From the NCBI RefSeq assembly GCF_004010195.1, contig NC_057717.1, positions 107,547,819 through 107,611,818 of the forward strand: 64,000 nt of DNA, written 5' to 3'. Below are positions 41,251 through 52,696 of this stretch, in pieces. Position numbers and translations under genes: made by a program. Under the pieces are notes generated by a model. It was not told the DNA's origin and ran no database searches. It saw nothing but the letters and a program-made list of their open reading frames with translations. How positions within the stretch are numbered: position 1 is the first letter of the stretch; every line of letters starts with the position of its first letter. The DNA comes from Chiloscyllium plagiosum. Taxonomy: Eukaryota.

Positions 41251-42145
41251 TCTTATGGGCGTTTCAGTGAATACTTCAAAAATAAGGTCCTTTTCCAGCC
41301 GGTCAAGAAGCGTGCCCTCCCGAAAACCTACAGCAGGTACCTCGAAGCATTGAGTACCACCATTGGTGGCTTTAATGTCCTCAAAGCATTGCTGTCAGCT
41401 CGCAGGATATCCTGGATTGTGATTGACCAACATGGAGAAGGTGCATCTTTGAGTTAATACACTGAACTCGTCAGGAACAAGTGGAGCCACAGTCAAGGTG
41501 TTAGAGAGTGTGCACAACCCAACCCTTCAAGCACCACCAGCCCCACCTATGTCAGGGTCTGAACTTAGACATTGTGTTATCAACTATCCTCAAACCCATT
41601 GAACAGAATGGAGCCAGGGGTCACCCTCCATTTCAAGGGACTGATGAAAAGGATAGTTAGCCCCTCTCTCACACACTTAGCTTCTGAAGGCCAGGTATGA
41701 GCCATGTACAGCAGTCTTAGTTTGATTTTACTGAGATGTATCATTTGATACTTTGCAACATTTGGAACTTAGAACAAATAGTTATTTGCTTTTTATTGTC
41801 ATTACATTCCCCTTTATTTGCCTGTATCGTCACTAAATTATCAGGAAAATGTGTTATTCAAATGGAATATTAAATGTACAATGAACACACCTCAGCCTTT
41901 CAGACATTTTTAACCTGGTTCAGGAAGGACGGGTGGTTGGGCCCCCTGATACAAAAGCCAGCAGTAAAGGAACTTGCTGAGCCGCCACCCAGTTGTAAGA
42001 GCTGAGTATCCAGTTAAACCAGTCTGCACTGTGCTGAGCACTGCAGCGTGTTCTACAGCAGGCAGACACGAAGGATATTGTACTGAGCGATGCAGAGTAC
42101 ACAACGTCATCACAATTGTGAAAAGAATTTGCACAGTTGAAGACC

Positions 42146-42179
42146 ATGAGCACAGAGGAGAATTTCTATGGGAAATATG
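42146..42179 (+). CDS. slc44a2: Proximal alternative first coding exon of SLC44A2/CTL2 (MSTEENFYGKY + first base of Gly)
   Basis: ACCATG start and donor G|GTAATG at 42180, phase 1. FYGKYG resembles the N-terminal YYGKHG of human CTL2 (recalled). Confidence 0.8.
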
Positions 42180-43401
42180 GTAATGGTTTATGGGCCCTGA
42201 TTGTTTCTTGCTCATGTTTGGAAACTTGTTTTTTTTCCTTTCAGGCTGTTGTTGCTGTTTGTTGTCAGTGCAGTTCAGGCCCCAGAGTGCGTACAGTCGC
42301 GGTTAGACAGACTTGTAGTAAGTGGTGGAGCGTTCACAGCATTATTTGCGTGTTTCTGCTTTCACAATGCAGAAGACTGACTTAGAACTTCAATTATAGA
42401 TTAATAGAGTCATACAGCATGGAAACAGGCCTTTCAGCCTACCTCATCCATGCCGATCATGTTTTCTAAACTGAGCAAGTCCCATTTGCCTGCATTTGGC
42501 TCATATCCCTCTAAAACCTTTCTATTCATGTACCTGTCCAAATGTCTTTTAAATGTTGTAATTGTACTCTCCTCTACCACTTCCTCTGGCAACTCGTTCC
42601 ATACATGCACCACCCTCTGTGTGAAAATGTTACCACATGGGTCCCTTTTAAATCTTTCCCCTCTTGCCTTAAACCAATTCCCTCCTAGTTTTGGACTCTT
42701 TTACTCTGGAGAAAAGACCATGATTATTCACTGTATCCATGCTCTTCATGATTTTAATATACCTTTATAAAGTCCCAGCCTCTCCTAATAACTCAAACTT
42801 TGCGGTCTCAGTGATATCCTTGTAAATCTTTTTCTGCACCCTTTCCAGTTTTATAACATCCTATAGCAGGAGTGTACACAAACAGATTGGGCCTGAAATG
42901 ATATGGCTCTCAGATTTTAATCAAAAAGAGTGAAACTAAATATAACTTTAATTAACAGGTGTGTGCAGAAATCTAGTGACTGTATATTTTATCTATTTTA
43001 AGTTCAAGGAGAAACTTGAAACTGGAAAGGTCTCATTGACTAGCTTGTATTTGACAGTGAAAGTGACTCTCCTGTTTGACCCTTATCAATACAATTGCTA
43101 GAAGTGTGTGACGATCAATCTGTTCTTAATTTCAAAGTTCCAAGTGGTTGGGGAGAGATTGTCCTGTAAAGATCAATTATTCCTTTGGCTGATCCTGGTT
43201 TCCTTTCAGCCATGTTAACAGTGGAAGAGCACAGTTTAATTCTAAGTTTTACTTAGTAAAAATATGAGGTGTGGCACTAACTTTATCGACGATTGCAATC
43301 CTCTCATTCTGCTGATAACTGATATTGAAGCTGCAGAGAGTGTCTTCATATTGATGTTGCTGGCATGTTGCTGTTGCCGCTATCTTGTGTTTCATGTTGA
43401 A

Positions 43402-44273
43402 AAGTGTGGCACTGGAAATGCACAGCAAGTTAGGCAGCATCCAAAGAGCAGGAGAATCGATATTTCAGGCATTAGCCCTTCATCAGGAATATGGAGAGGG
43501 GTCAAGGGGGCTAAGAGATAAATAGGAGGGTGGGGTGGGGTGGGGGGAACACAGATGGGAAGGTGATAGGTAGATGCAGGTGGAGGGTGATAGTGATAAG
43601 TCAAAAGGGTGGCTGGAGTGGATCGGTGGGAAGGAAAATGGATTGGTAGGACAAGTCAAAAGGGCGGTACCGAGTAGGAGGGTTGGATGTTGGGTGAGGT
43701 GGGAGGAGGGAAGGTTAAGAAACTAGTGAAGTCAGTGTTGATGCTGTGTGGTTGAAGAGTCCCAAGGTGGTTAAAAAAAAAAGGCGTCGTTCTTCCAGTT
43801 GTTGAGTGGCTTGGATTTGGCAGTGGAGGCGGCCCAGGATTTGCATGTCCTTGTGGGGGGTTGAACTGATCGGCCACAGGGCAGTGGAGGTGTTTGGTGT
43901 GTGTCCCAGAGATGTGCCCTGAATCGTTCTGCAAGTTAGCGTCCTGTCTTCCCAATGTAGAGGAGACCACATCGAGAGCAATGGACATAGTAGATGAGGT
44001 GGGTGGATGGGCGGGAAAATCTCTGCTGGATGTGAAGAGATCCTTTGGGGCCTTGGACGGAATGAGATGGGAGGTGTGGGCACAGGTTTTACTACTTGCA
44101 GCGGCAAGGGAAGGTGCTGGATGTGGATTTTGAGTCGGTGGAGGGGTGTGGACCTAGCAAGGGAGCCATGGAAGGAATGGTCTCTGCAGAATGCAGATAA
44201 GCACGTGGAAGGAAATATACCTCTGGCGGTGGGGTCTGATTATAGATGGCAGAAATGGCGGAGGATAATACAC
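43402..44273 (-). mobile_element. Penelope-like element (family A), GIY-YIG endonuclease region plus 3' repeat
   Basis: Minus strand near 43940-44000 translates as LIYYVHCSRCGLLYIGKTG. Degenerate hammerhead at about 43455-43487. Confidence 0.85.
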
Positions 44274-44289
44274 TGTATTCTATCTTGTA

Positions 44290-44442
44290 GGAGAAAGTGA
44301 GGACCGCAGATGGTGGAGCTCAGAATCAGGAGCATCTGGAGCATCAGGAATCCTGATGAAGGGCTTATGCCCGAAACATTGATTCTCCTGTTCCTCGAAT
44401 GCTGCTTGACCTGCTGTGCTTTTCCAGCACCATGCATTCGAT
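44290..44442 (+). mobile_element. Short rearranged Penelope-derived element with 16-bp TSD and hammerhead motif
   Basis: TGTATTCTATCTTGTA at 44274-44289 and 44443-44458. GAATC-CTGATGA-A-GGGC-TTAT-GCCC-GAAAC-ATT-GATTC at 44348-44385. Confidence 0.8.
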
Positions 44443-45239
44443 TGTATTCTATCTTGTATTTGTTAGAAATGCCCTGAACGTTTTGCTGTACAATACCTTA
44501 TGTCTTACAGCCAATGTTGTATGGCAGTATGAATTGATTTCTATTTTGGGTTGGGGACCTTGATGACATATTTCACCAAGTTGAGCAGGTATAGAATTGG
44601 GGAGAGGACATAGACTCCCCTGTTCATGAGGTGGGTTTGGAGGAAAGGCTGTATTTAATTGGAGTGGGGAGGGGGTTCTGAGTGAGGACAACATGAGCTT
44701 TCAGCCTCTGGACCTGATTGAGGAACCAGCATCAGGAAGTGTGGGTCCGCTGAGCAATGCCCCAGGCAGCCATTCTAATCCCGGCCTCTCATACCTTTTG
44801 GCCTGAAGTCCCCGTGGATTACCAGCACAAACCCGGGAGCTCTCCAGGCAGTCAGGAATTGTTTGGTCTCTGGCAGCTCTCTTGGTGTTGGAATTCCTCC
44901 GATTAAGTTCTTGACCCCAGGTGCTTGGCAGTACTTGATGTGAGCTTTCTCCAAAGGAGGTGATGTGGGGCTTTCACTGGCTGTCCAGCTCGTGGGTGAA
45001 TCTCACACGTCGTGTGGATTTAATTTTGACCCACTAGACTATGACATTTGGTGAATCAGAATGGATCTTGAAAGCTGAACAGTGTATTCATGGCCAGCTT
45101 TGGATATTAGAATGAGATGGATGATAATGGGCAAATGTGGCTGGAGAAAGTCCTGTCCTCAAAGCTTTAAATCAAAGTGCTTATGCCGCAATTTCACCTT
45201 TATATTCAAAACTTATTGTGAAATATTTGTGCAATTTTT

Positions 45240-48200
45240 TGGCGGCAGTTGCAGTGGGAGGTGTGTCAGCGTGAACCAGGGGCCTGACCCGAAGGTAAGT
45301 TTTTAAAGTATAAAAATTTACCTCTTGTATAGGTGGAGAACACGCTGTTCAGCAGCAGATACGGGACTTCTGGATAAGTGAGGTTATATATTTGGGCGGT
45401 TAGGGGGATAGATAGGAGGTTCTTTAGGAACGGGAGAAACTCGCGGTTGATGTGTTGCCTTCCAGGTGCCAGGGTTCGTGACCTCTTATTGTGTTTTCGG
45501 GATCCTTGAGGGGGAGGGGAAGCAATCCCAAGTCGTGGTCCACTTAGGCACCAACGACATAAGTAGGAAGAGAGATGGGGATTTAAGGCAGAAATTCAGG
45601 GAGCTAGGGTGGAAGCTTAGAGCTAGAACAGAGTTGTTGTCTCTGGTTTGTTGCCTGTGCCATGTGCTAGAGCGGCAAGGAATAGGGGGAGAGAGGAGTT
45701 GAACACGTGGCTGCAGGGATGGTGCAGGAGGGAGGGTTTGGATTTCTGGATTATTGGGGCTCCTGCTAGGGTAGGTGGGACCTCTACAAACATGATCGCC
45801 TTCACCTGAACCAGAGGGGTACCAATATTCTGGGGTGGGGGGGTGAAAGTTGCTCATGCTCTTCGAGGAGGTTGAAACTAGTTCAACAGGGGAATGGAAC
45901 CCAAATTGTAGTTCCAGTGAGAAAGTGTACAAGTTATGAGCAGGAAGGGAAAGAGTTAGGTTTTAGGATGCGTGACAAAAGCTCAGGTAGCGTGACTTTG
46001 ACCAGACAGGAACTTGCAGTAAACAATGAGGAGCTAGAGGCAAGGGTAGTGAGTTAATGAGATAAAACGCGTCCATTATGTAATGCCAGTTAACAAGGTT
46101 AAGAACATCTATTGTATCATGCCAAATGGCTTAATCTTTACTGTTGATGCACACTGATTGTAACGGTCACCCAATCAATATAGATGTTACCTTGTTTGGA
46201 TGCTGCTCCTTGTAGTGACTATAGAATTCCTTTAGAATCTGCTGTTTGAGAGAAGAACGAGAACTCGTGTCTCTGTGCACATGGGTGATTGTTCTCTCTC
46301 TCTCCAGGGACTGGAATAAAGATGGAGAAGGTAAAGCCATACTGTCTGAGTGTTTGTTTCCACCAATACGGGGATAGGGAAACAGTACGTCAACGTGGCA
46401 AGTCAGGCAGGAGTCCAAACGAATTGTTACAATCGGACGGTGTCAGCAATCACCTGGAACATCGTTACCTCGAGATGGACGGGCCCACAAGATAAGATTT
46501 TAAACCGTAATCACTCTGGATATTCCTGTGTTGGAAACGGTCCCCTTGTTTAATCACTTTCTATTCTACAGCCATACTGTGTCTGAGTGTTTGCTTCGAC
46601 TGATACGGGGATAGGGAATTGGGACAATACCAGTATACAGGAGGTTGAGAGTAGTGAGGTCAGAAATAAGGTTTCAAAGTCGCAAGAGGGCACCGGCAAG
46701 CAGGAAGTTGGTTTGAAGTGTGTCTACTTCAATGCCAGGAGCATCCAAAATAAGGTGGGTGAACTTGCAGCTTGGGTTGGTACCTGGGATTTCGATGTTG
46801 TGGCCATTTTGGAGGCATGGGTAGAGCAAGGATAGGAATGGTTGTTGCAGGGATTTTGATCTTCAGTAAGAACAGAGAAGATGGTAAAAGATGTGGAAGT
46901 GTGGCATTGTTAATCAAGGACAGTATTACGGTGGCAGAAAGAATGTTTGAGGACTCCCCTACTGAGGTGATATGGGCTGAGGTTAGAAACAGGAAAGGAG
47001 AGGTCACTCTGGGAGTTTTCTATTGGCCTCTGAATAGTTCCAGAGATGTAGAGTAAAGGATAGCAAAGATTATTTTCAATAAGAGCAAGAGTGACAAGGT
47101 AGTTGTTATGGGGTCTTTAACTTTGCAAATATTGACTGGGAGTACAAACTTCAAGTTCTTTTAGATGGGTCAGTTTTTGTCCAGTGTGTGCAGGAAGGTT
47201 TGCTGACACAGTATGTAGACAGGCCAACAAAGGGTGAGGCCACATTGGATTTAGTACTGGGTAATGAACTGGACCAGGTGTTAGATTTGGAGGTGGGTGA
47301 GCACTTTGGTAGTGATCACAATTCGGTTATGTTTACTTTAGTGATGGAAAGGGATAGATATATACTGCAGGGCAAGAGTTATAGCTGGAGGATAGGCAAT
47401 TATGATGCGATTAGGCAAGACTTAGGATGCATAGGACTGGGAAGGAAACTGCAGGGGCTGGGCACAATTGAAATGCGGAGCTTATTCAAAGAGCAGCTCC
47501 TATGTGTCCTTGATGAGTACGTATCAGTCAGACAAGGAGGAAGATGTTGAGCGAGGGAGCTGTGGTTTACTAAAAAAGTTGAATCTCTTGTCAAAAGGAA
47601 GGAGGTTTATGTTAGGATCAGATGTGAAGGCTCAGTTAAGGTGCTTGAGAGTTACAAGTTAGTTAGGAAAGACAAAAGAGAGCTAAGAAGAGCCAGGAGG
47701 GAACATGCGAAGTCATTGGTAGATAGGATCAAGGAAAATCCTGAGGCTTTCTATTGGTATATCAGGAATAAAAAAATGACTAGAGAAAGATTAGGGCCAG
47801 TCATGGACAGTAGTGGGAAGTTGTGCATGGAGTCAGAGGAGATAGAGGAAGTGCTAAATGGATATTTTTCGTCAGCATTCGCACTGGAAAAAGATAATGT
47901 TGTCGAGGAGAATACTGAGATATTGGCGACTAGACTAGATGGGATTGAGGTTCACAAGGAAGAGGTGTTATCAATTCTGGAAAATGTGAAAATAGATAAG
48001 TCCCTTGGGCTGGATGTGATTCGTCCTAGGATTCTCTGGGAAGGCAGGGAGGGGACTTTGATCTTTGTCGTCATTGTCTACAGGAATAGTGCTAGAAGAC
48101 TGGAGGATAGCAAATGTTGTCCCCTTGTTCAACCCTGGTAATTATTGACCAATGAGCCTTACTTCAGTTGTGCGCAAAGTGTTGGAAAAGAGTATAACAG

Positions 48201-48830
48201 AGAGGATTTATAATCCTGTTGAAATAAATTGATTAGGAATAATAAATACGGTTTTGTGAAAGGTAGGTCGTGCCTCACAAACCTTTATTGAGTTTGAGGA
48301 GGTGACCAAACAGGTGGATGAGGGTAAAGTAGTTGCTGTGGTGTATATGGATTTCAGTCGGGTGTTTGATAAGGTTTCACACGGTAGGTTATTCCACAAA
48401 ATACAGAGGCATGGGATTGAGGGTGCTTTAGCAATTTGAATAAGAAATTAGCTAGCTGGAAGAAGACAGAAGATGGTGGTTGATGGGAAATGTTCATCCT
48501 GGAGTTCAGTTACTAGTGATGTACTGCAAGGATCTGTTTTGGGTCCACTGCTGTTGGTCATTTTTATAAATTACCTGGATGAGGGCGTAGAAGGATGGAT
48601 TGGTAAATTTGCAGATAACACTAAGGTGAGTAGAGTTTTGGATAGTGTGGAGGGACATAAATAAACTGGAGAGCTGGGCTGAGAGGTGGCAAATGGAGTT
48701 TAGTGCAGAAAAGTGAGAAGTGATTCACTTTGGAAGGAGTAACAGGAATGCAGAGTACTGGGTTAATGGTAAGATTCTTGGTAGTGTAGGTGAACAGTGA
48801 GATCTGTGTCCATGTACGTAGATTCCTGAC
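45240..48830 (+). mobile_element. Long decayed CR1 LINE (5' region, ORF1 esterase, APE endonuclease, RT) interrupted by an LTR element
   Basis: VVVHLGTNDI (ORF 45466), LKCVYFNARSIQNK (ORF 46587), TLDLVLGN..GSDHNS (ORF 47188), QGSVLGPLL..KFADNTK (ORF 48473). Confidence 0.9.
45918..46629 (+). mobile_element. Internally deleted LTR retroelement: LTR (45918-46392), PBS, short leader, partial second LTR end; TSD CCAG
   Basis: CCAG at 45914-45917 and 46630-46633. GCCATACTG..GGGGATAGGGAA occurs twice (about 46336 and 46571). TGG-initiated PBS-like tract at 46396. Confidence 0.75.
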
Positions 48831-49173
48831 CTGGTTCCCCATTATTATTTCCCAGGCTCTGTCTTCCAAGGGCCAATGTCTACTTTGGCCTTATATGCGC
48901 GCGCGCACACACACGTGTGTGTATATGTACTTGCAAATTTACAATCAAAAGTTTCTTTCTTTTAATATTCTTCATAGTTGTTTTAAAACTTTCTCAATCA
49001 ACTGCTTTATCATGAATCTTTACCACTTTTGTTTTCAATTTGATACTATCCTATAGTCCCTGGTTAACCATGGTCAGTTTGTTCCCTTCAAATCTGCCTT
49101 CCTCACTGCGATGTATCTTTGCTGTGAGTCATAAACTATTTTCTTGAAAGTCTGCCATTGTTCATCATTTAAA

Positions 49174-49510
49174 GGAGGTGGTTGCAACATAGTAATGTCA
49201 CTGGACTAGTAATACAAAGCCTCTGGTTAATGTTCTGAGGATATGAGTTTGAGTTTCACCATGGCAGATAGTAACATTTGAATTCACAAAAGTCTGAAAT
49301 AAAAAACTAGTCTTATCACAACTTTATAATGACTATTGATTGTCTTAAATACCCGCCTGGTTCACTAATGCCTTTTAGGGAAGGGGATTCGCCATTCATA
49401 TTAGGTCTGGCCTACATGTGACTCCAGGTCCACAGCAACAAGGTTGACTTTTAACTGTCCACAGAAGTTGCCCCAGCCAATGATGCATCATGTCTCATGA
49501 ACAAATTGAA
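49174..49510 (+). mobile_element. tRNA-derived SINE (same family as 4280 and 61188)
   Basis: Shared internal GGTCTGGCCTACATGTGACTCCAG..CCACAGCAA. Confidence 0.65.
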
Positions 49511-49883
49511 AATGAAAATCTCTTCTGCTAAACTACTTTCCCAGTTATTCCTTTTTGTAATTATTAGGGCTTTTAAAGGTTTTGCGCAATAGTTTCAGAC
49601 CCAAGTTTCTCTCTCAAACTGAATGCTAAATTCTGTCATGTTATTTGGACACTGTTTCTTGGAGGATCATTTATTAAATCTGCCACATTACATATTACTG
49701 GATCCAAAGTAGCCTGATCCCTGTTTGGATATGTAGTTTATTGATTTAGCGTTATAGAGAGACACAGCGTGGAAACAGACGCTTTGGTCGAACTAGTTTG
49801 TGCCAACCAGATATCCTACCTTCATCTAGTCCCATTTGCCAGCACTTGGCCCATATCCCTCAACCCTTCCTACTCATATAAGA

Positions 49884-49947
49884 TCCATCCTACCCTGGCA
49901 ATGCTTTTCTACAACTTCTACTATCGGAGAGAAAGTACAGAAGTCTG

Positions 49948-49995
<48 letters not shown>

Positions 49996-50206
49996 AGCCG
50001 GTTACGTAACAGTTTTTCTCTACTGTTGTTAGAATACTGAATAGACTCCCAAACTCTTAACATTCGCCTGTACCTGTGTTTTTATTTTTGCCACTGTTTA
50101 CCTATTATTTACTCATCTATGCTACTTAACTATGTGATCTGTCTGTATTGCTCGCAAGACAAAACTTTTCACTGTGCCTCTGTACACGTGACAATAAATT
50201 CAATTC
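49884..50206 (+). mobile_element. Rex1/Babar 3' fragment nested in a CR1 tail
   Basis: Matches 54533-54779 and the reverse complement of 5785-6075. Confidence 0.8.
49949..49994. repeat. (AC)n microsatellite, about 23 units
   Basis: Read directly. It lies at the position of GAACACATGCACCAG in the sister Rex copy, so it expanded inside the TE. Confidence 0.95.
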
Positions 50207-50814
50207 CAGATACCTTTTAAATGTTGTAATTGTACCAGCTTTCCTCTGGCAGCTCATTCTGTACATGCACCACAGTCTGCATGAAAAGATTGCCCCTTAA
50301 TGCCCCTTTTTAAAATCTTTCCCCCTCACCTTAAATCTATGCCCTCTAGTTTTGGACTCTCCTCACTGGGGGGAGAAAAGACCTTGTTGATTCACCCTAT
50401 GCCCCTCATGATTTTATAAACCTCTAAGGTCACCCCTCAACCTCTAACGCTCCAGGGAAAATAGCCCCAGCCTGTTCAGCCTCTTCCTATAGCTCAAACC
50501 CTCCAACCCCGGCAACATCCTTGCAAAGTTTTTCTGAACCCTCTGAAGTTTCACAACGCCTTTCCTTAAGCAGAGACACAAAAATTGGTTAGGCCACTTC
50601 TAGACTATGGTGCTCAATGTCCTGTATTTAGTCAATTGTCAAATGCAATCTGAATTCTTCCTCCTGGATATCTCTGCCAAGCTGCTCTTACCAACCTGTA
50701 AAGAGTAAAGTCACCCATGATTAACATACTGCTTTGTTTCCATGCCCTTATGTCCTGATTTATTCTCTTTCCTATGGTATAGCTACAGTTAGGAGGCTTG
50801 TATACTACTACTAC

Positions 50815-51408
50815 TAGGTAAAAACAATGACTGCAGATGCTAGAAACCAGATTTTGGATTAGTGGTACTGGAAGAGCACAGCAGTTCAGGCAGCATCCGA
50901 TGAGCAGCAAAATCGACATTTTGGGCAAAAGCCCTTCATCAGGAATAAAGGCAGAGAGCCTGAAGTGTGGAGAGATAAGCTAGAGGAGGGTGGGGGTGGG
51001 GAGAAAGTAGCATGGAGTACAATAGGTGAGTGGNNNNNNNNNNNNNNNNNNNNNNNNNNNNNNNNNNNNNNNNNNNNNNNNNNNNNNNNNNNNNNNNNNN
51101 NNNNNNNNNNNNNNNNNNNNNNNNNNNNNNNNNNNNNNNNNNNNNNNNNNNNNNNNNNNNNNNNNNNNNNNNNNNNNNNNNNNNNNNNNNNNNNNNNNNN
51201 NNNNNNCCCTAAAGCGCTCTGCTCGGAGGCGTCCAGTCTCCCCAATGTAGAGGAGACCGCATCGGGAGCAACGGATGTAATAAATGATATTAGTGGATGT
51301 GCAGGTAAAACTTTGGATGTGGAAGGCTCCTTTAGGGCCTTGGATGGAGGTGAGGGAGGAGGTGTGGGCGCAGGTTTTATAGTTCCTGCGGTGGCAGGGG
51401 AAGGTGCC
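50815..51408 (-). mobile_element. Penelope-like element (family A) spanning an N gap, inserted in a CR1 endonuclease fragment
   Basis: Homologous to 43402-44273. Flanks encode VVYKPPN..IMGDF. CTACTACTA occurs on both sides. Confidence 0.8.
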
Positions 51409-51844
51409 CTACTACTACCAGTATCATCTTCCCCTTGTTATTTCTTGTCTCCACTAATCTGGATTCTATATCTTTCAGTTGAAGATCATTTCTTGCTATT
51501 TACTTATTTTGTTCCATACTAACAAAACTATTCTACTACCCTTTCCTTCCTACCTGTCCTTTTGAGAAGTTACATGACAGAGTATTTAACTCCCAGATTT
51601 GATCTGAGGAATTACCTGAGAATGGTGATGACATCATAAGCAAAGGTTGATGGGTATGATATTAATTTTTTTGCTGAATACTGTATGCACCATCCCAATA
51701 CTCTGTTTAGTTAATGCGTTCTCTACAACTATGGTAATGTGATATTCCAGAACACTGGACACAGCATAGTCCAAGTGAACCTTGTCTCACCTGAACATCC
51801 AGTACTAGTGCCTGTGCCCCATGAAGCGAAACCCGTTCAACCTA

Positions 51845-52283
51845 CCGTATATAGTCGAGTAATAATCAACAATTGTTTGGACTATTTTTAAGGTTAGATT
51901 TATGGGGTCGACCAGTACATGGATAGGACTTTTGAGGGGTTGAAATTCATGCCTGTCAAAATTTATACCTTAATCATTAGCAGAAACCCAAGTGATCTCA
52001 AAACGAATAAAGGAAAAAAAATGAACCATGGTAATTCTGAGAACCCGGAGGGGAACATTACAGCCAGCGAACTGGAAGACTGGGAGTGGAGCTTAACAAA
52101 CAGCAGACCAGGAAGCTGGAGCGGGGCCTGACGGCCGGTGCACTGACTCTCAAATGTCGTTCTGTTATCTGTGAAGAACTAGGGTTGACTTTCACCTGAG
52201 ATATATGGAAAATTCCAGGTTATTTGGCCAGAAATAGGGGATCGACTTTTACATGAGATCGACTATTACTCTAGTATCTATGG
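51845..52283. mobile_element. Non-autonomous Tc1/mariner (Tc2/pogo-like) DNA transposon
   Basis: Imperfect terminal inverted repeats CCGTATATAGTCGAGTAATAATC / GACTATTACTCTAGTATCTATGG, with TA on the left and TG on the right. Confidence 0.7.
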
Positions 52284-52696
52284 TGCATCAACATTTTGAG
52301 CTATGGTTTTAACTCATTGACTATTTACCCTGCGTATCTCTATATGATCTCAGGAGATCTTGTGGAACACTTTACTACATATTGCTAAATAAGAATCTTA
52401 CCCCTAAGCCAGTGACCCACTCACTGCCCTGGAGATTGACACTTCAGTTTGGTTAGAGCGGGCTGAATGCTTCCACAGTTGGATAGTCTGCCAGCAATTA
52501 ACATCCAGGCTCCCTACAGTAATTCACCTTGAGGTTGTATTAGGCTGGACTGTGATTTTAATCACCAACTTCTTGCCTCACTTTGCTGTGAAATTTGAGG
52601 AAGACAAAGAACAGGTGACTTAGAGTCAAATCCAGTTACTTTGTCAAACACCAGAGTAAAAGGACAGGATGTTGCCGTATGAATAGTTCACTCTAC

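Noticed and set aside
41641..41680. CTGATGA followed by a weak AGG/CCT hairpin
   Set aside because: No GAAA after the hairpin, so not a hammerhead.
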